From the NCBI GenBank assembly GCA_964516945.1, contig CAZFAL010000002.1, positions 1 to 53,488 of the forward strand: a stretch of 53,488 nt of DNA. The letters are read 5' to 3'. Source of the stretch: an uncultured Ignavibacteriales bacterium. Its GTDB lineage: Bacteria; Zixibacteria; MSB-5A5; GN15; JACZUZ01. A model generated the notes under the pieces. That model had not been told where the DNA came from and did no database searches. It worked only from the letters and a program-made list of their open reading frames with translations. How positions within the stretch are numbered: position 1 is the first letter of the stretch; each line of letters opens with the position of its first letter. The position numbers and the translations under genes were made by a program. Positions 40,022 through 47,590 of this stretch are shown here, piece after piece.

Positions 40022-42664
40022 CTAGTTGGCGCTTGCGGTTGCCTTGTTCTTGTAAATTAAATCATAAACATGGCTGTGGCTCTGAATGACTCGTGCGCCA
40101 TCTACATAGAGAAACGATGTGTTTTCGACCAGATAGGGTGTTTGAACATTCTGCATTGTCAATCCGCTGATGTTCACCCTCGCTCCGCCGAATTCAGATT
40201 TTTTTTGGTAGACCGCAATGCCGGTCTCGCAACCGACCGCTTTCATCCTCTTGATTGTAGCTTCAGAAAGGTCTTTACCGGCAAGCGCTATTTTTGCGCC
40301 GCGCACAGAAAGATCTGTAATTGTCGCCACACTTCCCTCACCGAGACTCACTCCTTTATCAGCGGCGCCCCGGATAGTCACTTGTGATATATCCAGTCGA
40401 CTTCCGGAAACATCAACCGCGTCATTTCCTGAATTGATAAATGTGCAGTCCTCCAATGAGCCGTCGCTGAAGTCAGTGTCCAGCGCATCGGAGTAGGCGC
40501 CTTCAAACACAGTTCCGGTGATAGCGTAATCGGAGTGGACAATGTTGAGCGCATCCTCGGAGTGACAATTACGGAACAGCGAATTGCGAATCTCTACCGG
40601 TGAATTGTAGAATGTCACACTGCCGGAGAGGGCCCAGCCGACTTTTTGTGGATTTGTCAGAGATACAAAGTGGACATATTCAAGAATCGAAGCGCCGGAG
40701 CTGTTGAGAACAACCAGGCCCTGACCGGAGTCAGCGCTGATAAGAATTGGACGCTCACTGTCGCCTCGGAACGCCAGTGGAGAATGAGAAATAACAGCGG
40801 CGTTATTCGTAAGCGTCAGCTTGACATCCGGCGGGCAAATGAACAGATACCCCGCCGGGACTATCATGTCGTGGTCTATTACCCATTCGCCGGGTTTGAT
40901 TATGATTTGCTTGCGCGATGTATCAACATCAATGAACGGAAACTGACCGAGATTCGACTCTCTGCGCATGATGTCATCGACAAACAAGCTTGAATCAATC
41001 CGCCTCCAGTTATGAACTTCATCCGACAATGTTGTATCTATGCCCGGCAGGTGGAAATGAATACGGATATCAGGCCTGCTCTCAGACAATGTGTCGTCCG
41101 GTTGGCTGACAGCGCTGTCCGGGTAAGCTACGAAAGTGACATTCTGATATGACAGTGGTTGGGGCAGATGACGCCCCGGTATCAAAAAAGCGCCCCCTGC
41201 AGGCATATATGGTTTGCCGTCAACAGTAATGCCGGTCACAATCACCGGCAGTTGTTGCACATTGGCGATTTCCAATTCGCATCGCCGCTTTCGCAGGGAA
41301 ACGTTGTTTGCCATTACATACTTAACCGGATTGAGGAATCGTCGGATAAATTTCTGATTTGTATGCAATACTTCTGGGGAGAACCGAAACTGAGGATACG
41401 TACTAAAGATGGCGCTCAGGTTGTCTTCTAATTCCGGCTGAATGTCGTTCCAGAAATCTGTCACATACTGCGGATCTGCGAAGCGATGTAATGTTGCGAG
41501 GTATTTCCCGTAGAACGCCGAATCCTGAAATAACTGGCTGAGGAAAATCTGCCGTATCTGCCCGGTCCAGGGATACTCCCGTTCTTTTTGGTACAAGCTG
41601 GCCAGCGTAATTGTCGGATGTCCGGCGTCATTGTCGTAGGGTATCGGCTCAAGTCTTGATGTGATAGGGTTGTAGTAAAAGCGCAATTGAATTGTCAACT
41701 GTCCGTGTTGTGCGCCGAATAAATCTGAAAGCGCCAAAAATCTCGCCAACTGGTCAGTGTCAAACACATCGGAAGTCGGAAGTTCACCGTCACGAAAACG
41801 CTCCAGAAGACTTGTCGCGATTCGATACTGAGCAAAAAGCGTCGAATCATTCCTTGTTTTGTTTGTTTGAAACATGTCGAATGGCAGGGAATAATAATGT
41901 CCGGCGCCGGGACGGGCGTGCTCGGTCTCACGCTTGTCTGTGTCCCGCTCTGTCCACCATGATGTTTCGTCAAACTTGACAATCGGCGCCTCACGACGGC
42001 CATTATGCTCAACGAGTCTTTTTTCAAAGCTTTCTTCAATCGCATAAACGCCCATGTCCACACCATTGAGAGACACATCAACGAACTTGTACCGCAGGGC
42101 TATCAGACCCTCGCGCCTGACGGCCTCCAGGTAGATCCACTCCCAGACATGATTGCGAACTTTTGGATGTTGCAGGGAAAAGCGCTTCATGCCGAACAAT
42201 GTGCTGTCGTCACGAACTTTGACACGCAATGACCATTTGTCAGTGTCGAGGTGATCGATGTCATCACCTTTGAGACGTAGTTTGACGCTCAGGTCTTTGT
42301 CCTGATAGCGGATTCGACCCTTCACCCAACTGTCTTTGGTAGTGATGATTCTGCCGATACGCAACGCCTCCTGCCGTTTGGCAGAAAGTTGTTGGAACTC
42401 CTTAAAGGGTATATCAAGCGATATACGTTCAGCGTGCGAGAAAAATCCTTTGATGAAATGCTTCGGTAAATCTGTGTTGCTTAAAATTTTTGTGTAGACA
42501 AGTTGTAGAACTTTGAAGCGCTGGTACGAAGCGCCGGCGAGAAAGACTATCACTATTGCGAATATGACAAAAAGGATTCTGAAAGACAGTCTGCTACGGA
42601 TGTTCTTCAGCGTTGCGGATACTGCCTGCGAAGCCCGGCGGTTCACCGAACCTTTTATCAGCAT
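40022..42664 (-). CDS. CotH-family (atypical kinase fold) protein with N-terminal TM anchor and C-terminal right-handed beta-helix-like region
   Basis: I prefer the ATG at 42664, 2 nt after the DUF4956 stop, which avoids a 77-nt overlap. CotH-like core (FGMKRFSLQHPKVRNHVWEWIYLEAVRREGLIALRYKFVDVSLNGVDMGVYAIEE). The C-terminal ~300 aa have repetitive beta-helix-like segments. Confidence 0.75.
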   Translation of the reverse strand: MLIKGSVNRRASQAVSATLKNIRSRLSFRILFVIFAIVIVFLAGASYQRFKVLQLVYTKILSNTDLPKHFIKGFFSHAERISLDIPFKEFQQLSAKRQEALRIGRIITTKDSWVKGRIRYQDKDLSVKLRLKGDDIDHLDTDKWSLRVKVRDDSTLFGMKRFSLQHPKVRNHVWEWIYLEAVRREGLIALRYKFVDVSLNGVDMGVYAIEESFEKRLVEHNGRREAPIVKFDETSWWTERDTDKRETEHARPGAGHYYSLPFDMFQTNKTRNDSTLFAQYRIATSLLERFRDGELPTSDVFDTDQLARFLALSDLFGAQHGQLTIQLRFYYNPITSRLEPIPYDNDAGHPTITLASLYQKEREYPWTGQIRQIFLSQLFQDSAFYGKYLATLHRFADPQYVTDFWNDIQPELEDNLSAIFSTYPQFRFSPEVLHTNQKFIRRFLNPVKYVMANNVSLRKRRCELEIANVQQLPVIVTGITVDGKPYMPAGGAFLIPGRHLPQPLSYQNVTFVAYPDSAVSQPDDTLSESRPDIRIHFHLPGIDTTLSDEVHNWRRIDSSLFVDDIMRRESNLGQFPFIDVDTSRKQIIIKPGEWVIDHDMIVPAGYLFICPPDVKLTLTNNAAVISHSPLAFRGDSERPILISADSGQGLVVLNSSGASILEYVHFVSLTNPQKVGWALSGSVTFYNSPVEIRNSLFRNCHSEDALNIVHSDYAITGTVFEGAYSDALDTDFSDGSLEDCTFINSGNDAVDVSGSRLDISQVTIRGAADKGVSLGEGSVATITDLSVRGAKIALAGKDLSEATIKRMKAVGCETGIAVYQKKSEFGGARVNISGLTMQNVQTPYLVENTSFLYVDGARVIQSHSHVYDLIYKNKATASAN

Positions 42665-42665
42665 G

Positions 42666-43349
42666 TTATACAACTCCCTTATTGTCGAGGAATGTGATAC
42701 GGATGCGGGAGCTGAGTTCGTTGAGCGAGTTGCGACCGGCATTCAGCTGAGCAAAGTCTGAGAACTCCACCAGAAACGAAGCTTCAAGCGCATTGTCTGT
42801 TTCATCAAACCGTCTGAGGTTGACCATTGATGCAGTGGCGGAGAGTGTGTCCACAATTTTATCAAGGGACACCTGTTCATCTTTGGGTACACTGACAGAC
42901 AGATTGTAATTGTGCGTGATGCGTTTTGCGCGGGTGCGGTTCTTAACGATGAGCGCAACAGCTATCATGACAAACGCCAGCAGTGTTATCAACTGCTGAT
43001 TAGCTCCCAATCCGAGACCGATTGCGATTGAAAGAAACAAATATGACAACTCTTCCGGTTCTTTAATCGCGGCGCGAAAGCGCACGATAGACAGCGCGCC
43101 GACCAGACCCAGCGACAGAGCCAGGGATGACTTGACAATCGTGATTATCACCATCGTTGTCATTGTCAGTAGCACAAAGTTTTCGGCAAAAAGAGACCTG
43201 TTTGACAATGAACGGCCATAGCGAACATACATGCGGCTGAGGATATAACTCAATACTCCGGCCAGAGCCAGATTGATAATAAACGGCGCAAGTTCAACAG
43301 GAATGTTACTACTTGAAAGGAATTCTTGAAAAGAGCGAAATTTATTCAT
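42666..43349 (-). CDS. DUF4956-family membrane protein
   Basis: LSLGLVGALSIVRFRAAIKEPEELSYLFLSIAIGLGLGA is the characteristic motif. First gene of the DUF4956-CotH-VTC operon. Confidence 0.75.
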   Translation of the reverse strand: MNKFRSFQEFLSSSNIPVELAPFIINLALAGVLSYILSRMYVRYGRSLSNRSLFAENFVLLTMTTMVIITIVKSSLALSLGLVGALSIVRFRAAIKEPEELSYLFLSIAIGLGLGANQQLITLLAFVMIAVALIVKNRTRAKRITHNYNLSVSVPKDEQVSLDKIVDTLSATASMVNLRRFDETDNALEASFLVEFSDFAQLNAGRNSLNELSSRIRITFLDNKGVV

Positions 43350-43390
43350 TGAGACGCAATCTTTCTGAATCGATTCGTTGTCTGTCTGCT

Positions 43391-43414
43391 CCCTGCCCCG
43401 CTCCGCCCCGCCCC
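43391..43414 (-). repeat. G-quadruplex-type tract on the sense strand, 42-65 nt upstream of the DUF4956 start codon
   Basis: Plus-strand C-runs at 43391-93, 43396-99, 43406-09 and 43411-14, with loops of 2, 6 and 1 nt. Confidence 0.6.
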
Positions 43415-43560
43415 TGAGGGCGCCGAGTGAGTCAGCCGGTTATTGAAATCGCTCTCTTTGGAGAGCGGCAACATCCGCAAAAAAACTACGGACTCGAAAG
43501 CGCCAAATCAACCAATAAACACGCTTCGGCAAAAAACCATTTCAAAGGGAATCCGACCCC

Positions 43561-43598
43561 AAAAAAGAAACTCCCGAACTTGTTACACCTTGGGAGTT
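43561..43598 (-). terminator. Rho-independent terminator, homologous to the one after tRNA-fMet
   Basis: Minus strand: aactccc / gggagtt 7-bp stem followed by a T-run (plus-strand aaaaaag). Shares a 20-nt identical block (ccaaaaaagaaactcccgaa) with 53362-53381. Confidence 0.7.
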
Positions 43599-43604
43599 AA
43601 ATCT

Positions 43605-43640
43605 TGGTAGGGGGGATTTGAACCCCCGACCCTTGAGGCT
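43605..43640 (-). pseudogene. Degenerate copy of the 3' end of tRNA-fMet (T-arm plus truncated acceptor plus CCA)
   Basis: The minus strand reads ..agggtcgggggttcaaatcccccctacca. This is identical to the T-arm of the intact tRNA at 53408-53484, but the acceptor 3' strand is shortened (6 C + ta versus 9 C + gcta). No matching 5' half was found. Confidence 0.65.
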
Positions 43641-44200
43641 TGTTGCTTAACCTTTGATTGTTGTGTCGGGTCTTGATTTTCGCAGAGCGAAAATTGTGAC
43701 CCGACACGTCACCCCGGTGCAAGGGGCTTGTTGAATAAACCCATGTACGTCACTTGCGAGGAGTCCGGCGACAGCCGGACGACGTGGCAATCTCCCGGCT
43801 ATGAATCGACGGGATTGCCGCGCTATCGCTCCCAATGACTGCAATAAATGACTTTTTCAATAAGCCCCAGGCGTCAGGTCACACGACAGCAAAAAACGCT
43901 GTCGCAAGACCTGCCGCAACTCGAGAAGACTTCTTCAACAAGCCCCTTGGGTCATCCCTGTTCATTGTATTCAACACGGGGTAATCCGTAAACGTCGACA
44001 GGTATGACTCTCTGATCTTACCCCGGTAAGACGGATATGTTAAGAAGACGGGACCTGCTGACTGAACGCCTGGTTTCCCGGATACGACGGACTCAACAAC
44101 AAAACACTTGCGTGTTTTCTGAGTCTCGCCGCCGTTAGTTGAGCGATGGTCTACAAGTCGGATTCCGGATACGTGTGGCGGCAATGATTCGGAAGTAAGT
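43641..44200 (-). ncRNA. Candidate large structured RNA or structured non-coding region of unknown class
   Basis: No convincing ORF. Nested perfect hairpin (43663-43672 / 43698-43707 enclosing attttcgc-aga-gcgaaaat). Hairpins at 43763-43780, 43884-43904 and 44090-44125 (the last has a GCAA tetraloop when read on the minus strand). 16-bp long-range complement 43720-43735 / 43934-43949. Strand and boundaries are uncertain. Confidence 0.4.
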
Positions 44201-44398
44201 TGGTGATTCCTTGTTGTTGAGTAGTGAACTATGTCTCATACGGAGACTGCAACAGTCCGGTAGTCCGAATCGAATCATTAAGGCGTATGTATCCTGTTGT
44301 TATGCAGGCAGTTATGGGATAGCGCGCCGGTTAATGGACGTCGAGCAAAAAAAATGGAGCATTCGAGCAATTATTTTGATTTTCCGGTCAATTAATCC

Positions 44399-44427
44399 TT
44401 GACATTGGCGACCTGGTTATCGATAAT
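44399..44427 (+). promoter_or_regulatory. Near-consensus sigma70-type promoter candidate for the cytochrome/oxidoreductase operon
   Basis: TTGACA (44399-44404), 17-nt spacer, GATAAT (44422-44427), about 135 nt upstream of the ATG at 44561. Confidence 0.45.
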
Positions 44428-44560
44428 CGTGGAGTGGGCTAGGCTAGGTGTCCGCGGTGAGGTTTATCATGAAGAGTTGAGAATCTCACTCGCGTACTTT
44501 CTACTATTGAGGTTTTGGTTCCTGAGAAGGAATGAATGGTTTCTTCTTAGCATGTAACTA

Positions 44561-45055
44561 ATGGTTGGATTAAAAGTGGACAAAGTAACTCACTACTTGC
44601 ATGCAACAGCGTTGAGTCTTTTTGCGATAGTACTCGGCGCCTGCAATTCAGGGCCGGCGGCGTCGAATATTGATTTGAGCGCCAAGGCAGATTCGGTTTC
44701 GGCGTCACTCGCGCAGAATCCGGTTGTCCAAAGAGGGTACGAGGTCTATCGCTCGCATGGATGCATTCTTTGCCATGGCCTCAATGGAGAGAAGGGGCGA
44801 AAGAACAGCAATGCAAAAACCGGTGACGCGACGCCGGCGCTAACCTATATCGCTGAAGGATATACAAAGAAAGAGTTTCAGAAAAAAGTACTCACAGGTG
44901 TTAAAACAATTCAACGAAAGGATACAACAGGCCAGGCGCCTCCCTGGCGGATGCCGGGCTGGCGGGGTGTCATCAGCAAATCGGAATTGGAAGATCTGAC
45001 CGCCTATGTTTGGCAGCTTTTGCCGCCGGATACAGGTGGTGACGACGATTGGTAG
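44561..45055 (+). CDS. Mono-haem class I c-type cytochrome, lipoprotein
   Basis: Lipobox-like FAIVLGAC. One CxxCH (CILCH). Distal Met candidate in WRMPGW. Confidence 0.8.
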   Translation: MVGLKVDKVTHYLHATALSLFAIVLGACNSGPAASNIDLSAKADSVSASLAQNPVVQRGYEVYRSHGCILCHGLNGEKGRKNSNAKTGDATPALTYIAEGYTKKEFQKKVLTGVKTIQRKDTTGQAPPWRMPGWRGVISKSELEDLTAYVWQLLPPDTGGDDDW

Positions 45056-45142
45056 GATGTAAAGCTACAAAACCGTAACAGGAGCTGTCAGCGAAAGCTG
45101 ATGTGAGGAACACGATTCAAAAAAAAGTGGAGGGTGGCTCGT

Positions 45143-46198
45143 ATGAAGTCAAAACTGCTAACAGCGTTAATCCTAAGTTGTACGCTCACGGGATTGGGAA
45201 ACTCAACCGCACACGCACAAACAGACAAGTTTGTGCTTGGTGGTTACATGGACTGGACGTACACGGTGTACGAGGCCGGACGCATGCCATCGACCTTTGA
45301 TGCGTTTCACTTCAATCCAATTTTCATCTATCAGATGGAAGACAACTTGATGGCTTCGTCAGAGATTGAATTCGAACATGCAGGAGATGAAATCAATGTT
45401 GAGTATGCACAGATTGACTATCTGTGGAATGATTATGTGACATTCACCGTAGGTAAGTTTCTGGTTCCCTTTGGCGCCTTCAACCGGCGCTTACACCCGA
45501 GTTGGGTAAACCGCGTTCCCGGTAAGCCGCTTTCAAACGAGCATGTCGTCCCGACAGACTGGAGTGAAATCGGTATCATGGCCTCCGGCGCTGTTGGCTT
45601 TGGTGAGAATGGTGGCCGTGTGAATTATGCATTCTATGTCGGCAATGGTTTGGAGGGGCCGGTTGGCTCAGACATTCGTGACCTGCGCCATGAAAAAGAC
45701 CCCCGCGAGATGAACAATGACAACAAAGCCGTCGGCGGACGCCTTGGTGTTGTGCCTGCAGCCGGTGTGGAGTTTGGCGTATCCGGGTACACAGACAAAT
45801 ACGATGATGTAGCTAATCCGGTCTTGAATCTGAACATGATTGGCTTTGACGCGGAGTTCCATCACGAGGATTATTTTGAGCTTCGCGGAGAATACAACCA
45901 AGCGAAAATAGACACGGCCGTTGGCAAGTCCGAGACGAGGAGTGGTTTCTACGCACAGGCCGCGCTAAAGCTCAGTGTCACTGACGAGGACATTCTGATG
46001 CCGGTGGAGTTGGCAGTGCGTTTTTCCGGTCAAAACTTCCCGGGTGAAATGAATGACATCTATGAAGTAACACCGACCGTAAACTACTATTTCGGAAGCA
46101 CATCTGTACTACGTCTCGGTTTTAGAATGAACGGTGAAAAAACAGGATACAAGACGGCCAACAATCAGTTCACCGCCTTGTTCTCCAAGGGGTTCTAA
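45143..46198 (+). CDS. Outer-membrane beta-barrel porin (possibly phosphate-selective porin O/P-like)
   Basis: The ORF opens with GTG at 45134. The ATG at 45143 lies 8 nt after ggaggg. Signal peptide ..LTGLGNSTAHA. Alternating beta-strand pattern. C-terminal ..LFSKGF. Confidence 0.7.
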   Translation: MKSKLLTALILSCTLTGLGNSTAHAQTDKFVLGGYMDWTYTVYEAGRMPSTFDAFHFNPIFIYQMEDNLMASSEIEFEHAGDEINVEYAQIDYLWNDYVTFTVGKFLVPFGAFNRRLHPSWVNRVPGKPLSNEHVVPTDWSEIGIMASGAVGFGENGGRVNYAFYVGNGLEGPVGSDIRDLRHEKDPREMNNDNKAVGGRLGVVPAAGVEFGVSGYTDKYDDVANPVLNLNMIGFDAEFHHEDYFELRGEYNQAKIDTAVGKSETRSGFYAQAALKLSVTDEDILMPVELAVRFSGQNFPGEMNDIYEVTPTVNYYFGSTSVLRLGFRMNGEKTGYKTANNQFTALFSKGF

Positions 46199-46261
46199 GA
46201 GCAGGACGCTACATAAACGAGTCCACACATAAGACAATGTATTGTTAGGAAGGTATGACAT

Positions 46262-46534
46262 ATGAAATTCACAAGAACATCATTCGGTAAGGTCCTGATA
46301 GGAGCGATAGTGGCAGTGTCATTTGTCGGCGTCACAACCGCGTTCTCCGGTCAAATGGACGGCGCGAAGGTCTTCAGGGACAACTGCACAAAGTGTCACA
46401 ACGAACGTAGTCCGATGGAAAAAACAGATAAGGAATGGCGTGTAGCGATTACGCATATGCGCACAATTGCGCAGTTGACCGCCAAGGAGTCACGCGCCGT
46501 TCTGAAATATCTGCAAGCTAATAACAAAGACTGA
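46262..46534 (+). CDS. Small secreted mono-haem (CxxCH) protein, paralogue 1
   Basis: Signal peptide, then CTKCHNERSP...EWRVAITHMR...AVLKYL. Same architecture as the next ORF. Confidence 0.7.
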   Translation: MKFTRTSFGKVLIGAIVAVSFVGVTTAFSGQMDGAKVFRDNCTKCHNERSPMEKTDKEWRVAITHMRTIAQLTAKESRAVLKYLQANNKD

Positions 46535-46570
46535 TTGACGCTGGAAGAACTATAGAAAGGATGGCCCCCG

Positions 46571-47005
46571 ATGCGACTACTGTCTCGTATTACACTTGTT
46601 TTGTTTATCTCGGCGATAGGAGCAAATCTCTTTGCGGAGAATGACAAGGATACAGCTGTTGATGAAGCGTTGCAGGATTCGTTGCGGCTCGCCGCGCTGG
46701 ACAGTGGTGTTGACACTATTGATGTTTCACATTATCCCGAGGAAATGCAACAATACTATGAGGTGTTGAAAGTCAAGTGCACGCAGTGTCACAAGCTTTC
46801 TCGTGTCATTAACTCGAGCTTTGCTCTCCCGGATGAGTGGAAACGGTATGTCAAGCGCATGCGTCGCAAACCGGGGTCCAAGATTAAGAAGAAGGACGCT
46901 AAGAGGATCTATAAGTTTCTTGTCTACGACTCTCAACAACGCAAGGCTGACTTAATCAAAGAGAAAACAGCTCTGGCGGAAAAAGAAGCGAACAAGAAGA
47001 AGTAG
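46571..47005 (+). CDS. Small secreted mono-haem (CxxCH) protein with Lys-rich tail, paralogue 2
   Basis: Signal peptide, then CTQCHKLSRV...EWKRYVKRMR...RIYKFL and a K-rich C-terminus. Confidence 0.7.
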   Translation: MRLLSRITLVLFISAIGANLFAENDKDTAVDEALQDSLRLAALDSGVDTIDVSHYPEEMQQYYEVLKVKCTQCHKLSRVINSSFALPDEWKRYVKRMRRKPGSKIKKKDAKRIYKFLVYDSQQRKADLIKEKTALAEKEANKKK

Positions 47006-47023
47006 AACTATAAGAGATTGAGC

Positions 47024-47560
47024 ATGGCTGAAACGACTGACAATGTGCAAGAGCGTCCGGCAAGACGCAACGGTTTACGGTTCCTGATTTATTCTGTTCT
47101 CGGGTTACTGGCGGGATTCTGGGGATATCGGGCTGTTGAGGCGTTGCAGTTAACACAGCCCTACAAGTTCAATCACGCAGCTCACTATCCAATGAATTGT
47201 GTTATTTGTCATAGCGGCGCCCGGAGTGAAGTCCACTCCGGGTTGCCGCCTTTTTCTACCTGCATGAAGTGCCATGCGACATCACCGTTGAAAGATAAAG
47301 CATCCCTGAGTGTGTGGCAGGAGGCGGAGAAGTCCGGCGCTCTTCGTTGGCGAAAACTCACTTCAACTCCAAATCATGTCTATTTTTCACATCGGCGCCA
47401 TACAGAGTTTGCAAAATTGGACTGTCAGACGTGTCATGGTGATATGCCGACACGAACATCACCACCTATGCTACCAATGAAGCGTGTCAGTATGAAGGCC
47501 TGTCGGGATTGTCATCGAAAAAATAACCAAACAACTGATTGCGCGCATTGTCATCGTTGA
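47024..47560 (+). CDS. Membrane-anchored penta-haem c-type cytochrome (ActA/QrcA/NrfB-like)
   Basis: N-terminal TM helix (LRFLIYSVLGLLAGFWGY). Five CxxCH motifs (CVICH, CMKCH, CQTCH, CRDCH, CAHCH) in ~180 aa. The ORF opens with TTG at 47018 and the ATG is at 47024. Confidence 0.85.
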   Translation: MAETTDNVQERPARRNGLRFLIYSVLGLLAGFWGYRAVEALQLTQPYKFNHAAHYPMNCVICHSGARSEVHSGLPPFSTCMKCHATSPLKDKASLSVWQEAEKSGALRWRKLTSTPNHVYFSHRRHTEFAKLDCQTCHGDMPTRTSPPMLPMKRVSMKACRDCHRKNNQTTDCAHCHR

Positions 47561-47590
47561 ACGAGAAGTGTTTCGCGCGCTAAGGCAACT

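Noticed and set aside
42665-42742. CotH start at 42742, giving a 77-nt overlap with DUF4956
   Set aside because: The internal ATG at 42664 lies 2 nt after the upstream stop codon and precedes the TM anchor. The longer form adds only a Ser/Thr/Ala-rich extension read from within the upstream gene.
43605-44160. tRNA-fMet gene interrupted by a group I intron
   Set aside because: Similarity to the intact tRNA stops around the variable loop/T-arm. No anticodon-loop 3' exon (ataacccga) and no recognisable 5' exon (cgcggggtggagc) is present upstream.
43647-44184. ORFs 43879-44184 (101 aa) and 43647-43844 (65 aa) on the minus strand as protein genes
   Set aside because: They have no RBS, no recognisable motifs and Arg/Gly/Pro-rich composition. 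They run through strong hairpins and long-range complementary segments, so they are more consistent with non-coding structured sequence.
43605-44200. tmRNA (ssrA) on the minus strand, suggested by the T-arm + CCA 3' end, terminator and overall structure
   Set aside because: After the 5-bp T-stem only CTACCA remains, so a 7-bp acceptor stem cannot form. No GGGG... 5' end or G3:U70 pair is present. No plausible tag ORF ending in a hydrophobic ..AA stop was found. The candidate is also ~550 nt, longer than typical tmRNA. The 3' end is better explained as a truncated copy of the neighbouring tRNA-fMet.
43641-44200. RNase P RNA
   Set aside because: The universally conserved P4 strings (GAGGAAAGTCCGGGC / ACAGAACCCGGCTTA-like) are absent on both strands. 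Only a loose gaggagtccggcg resemblance exists.
45143-47560. Porin-cytochrome extracellular electron conduit (Mtr/Pcc-like)
   Set aside because: The porin is small (about 350 aa) compared with MtrB/PioB/OmbB-type conduits, and the adjacent cytochromes are mono- or penta-haem rather than the 8-12-haem partners. A substrate-diffusion porin is the more conservative reading, although the idea is not fully excluded.
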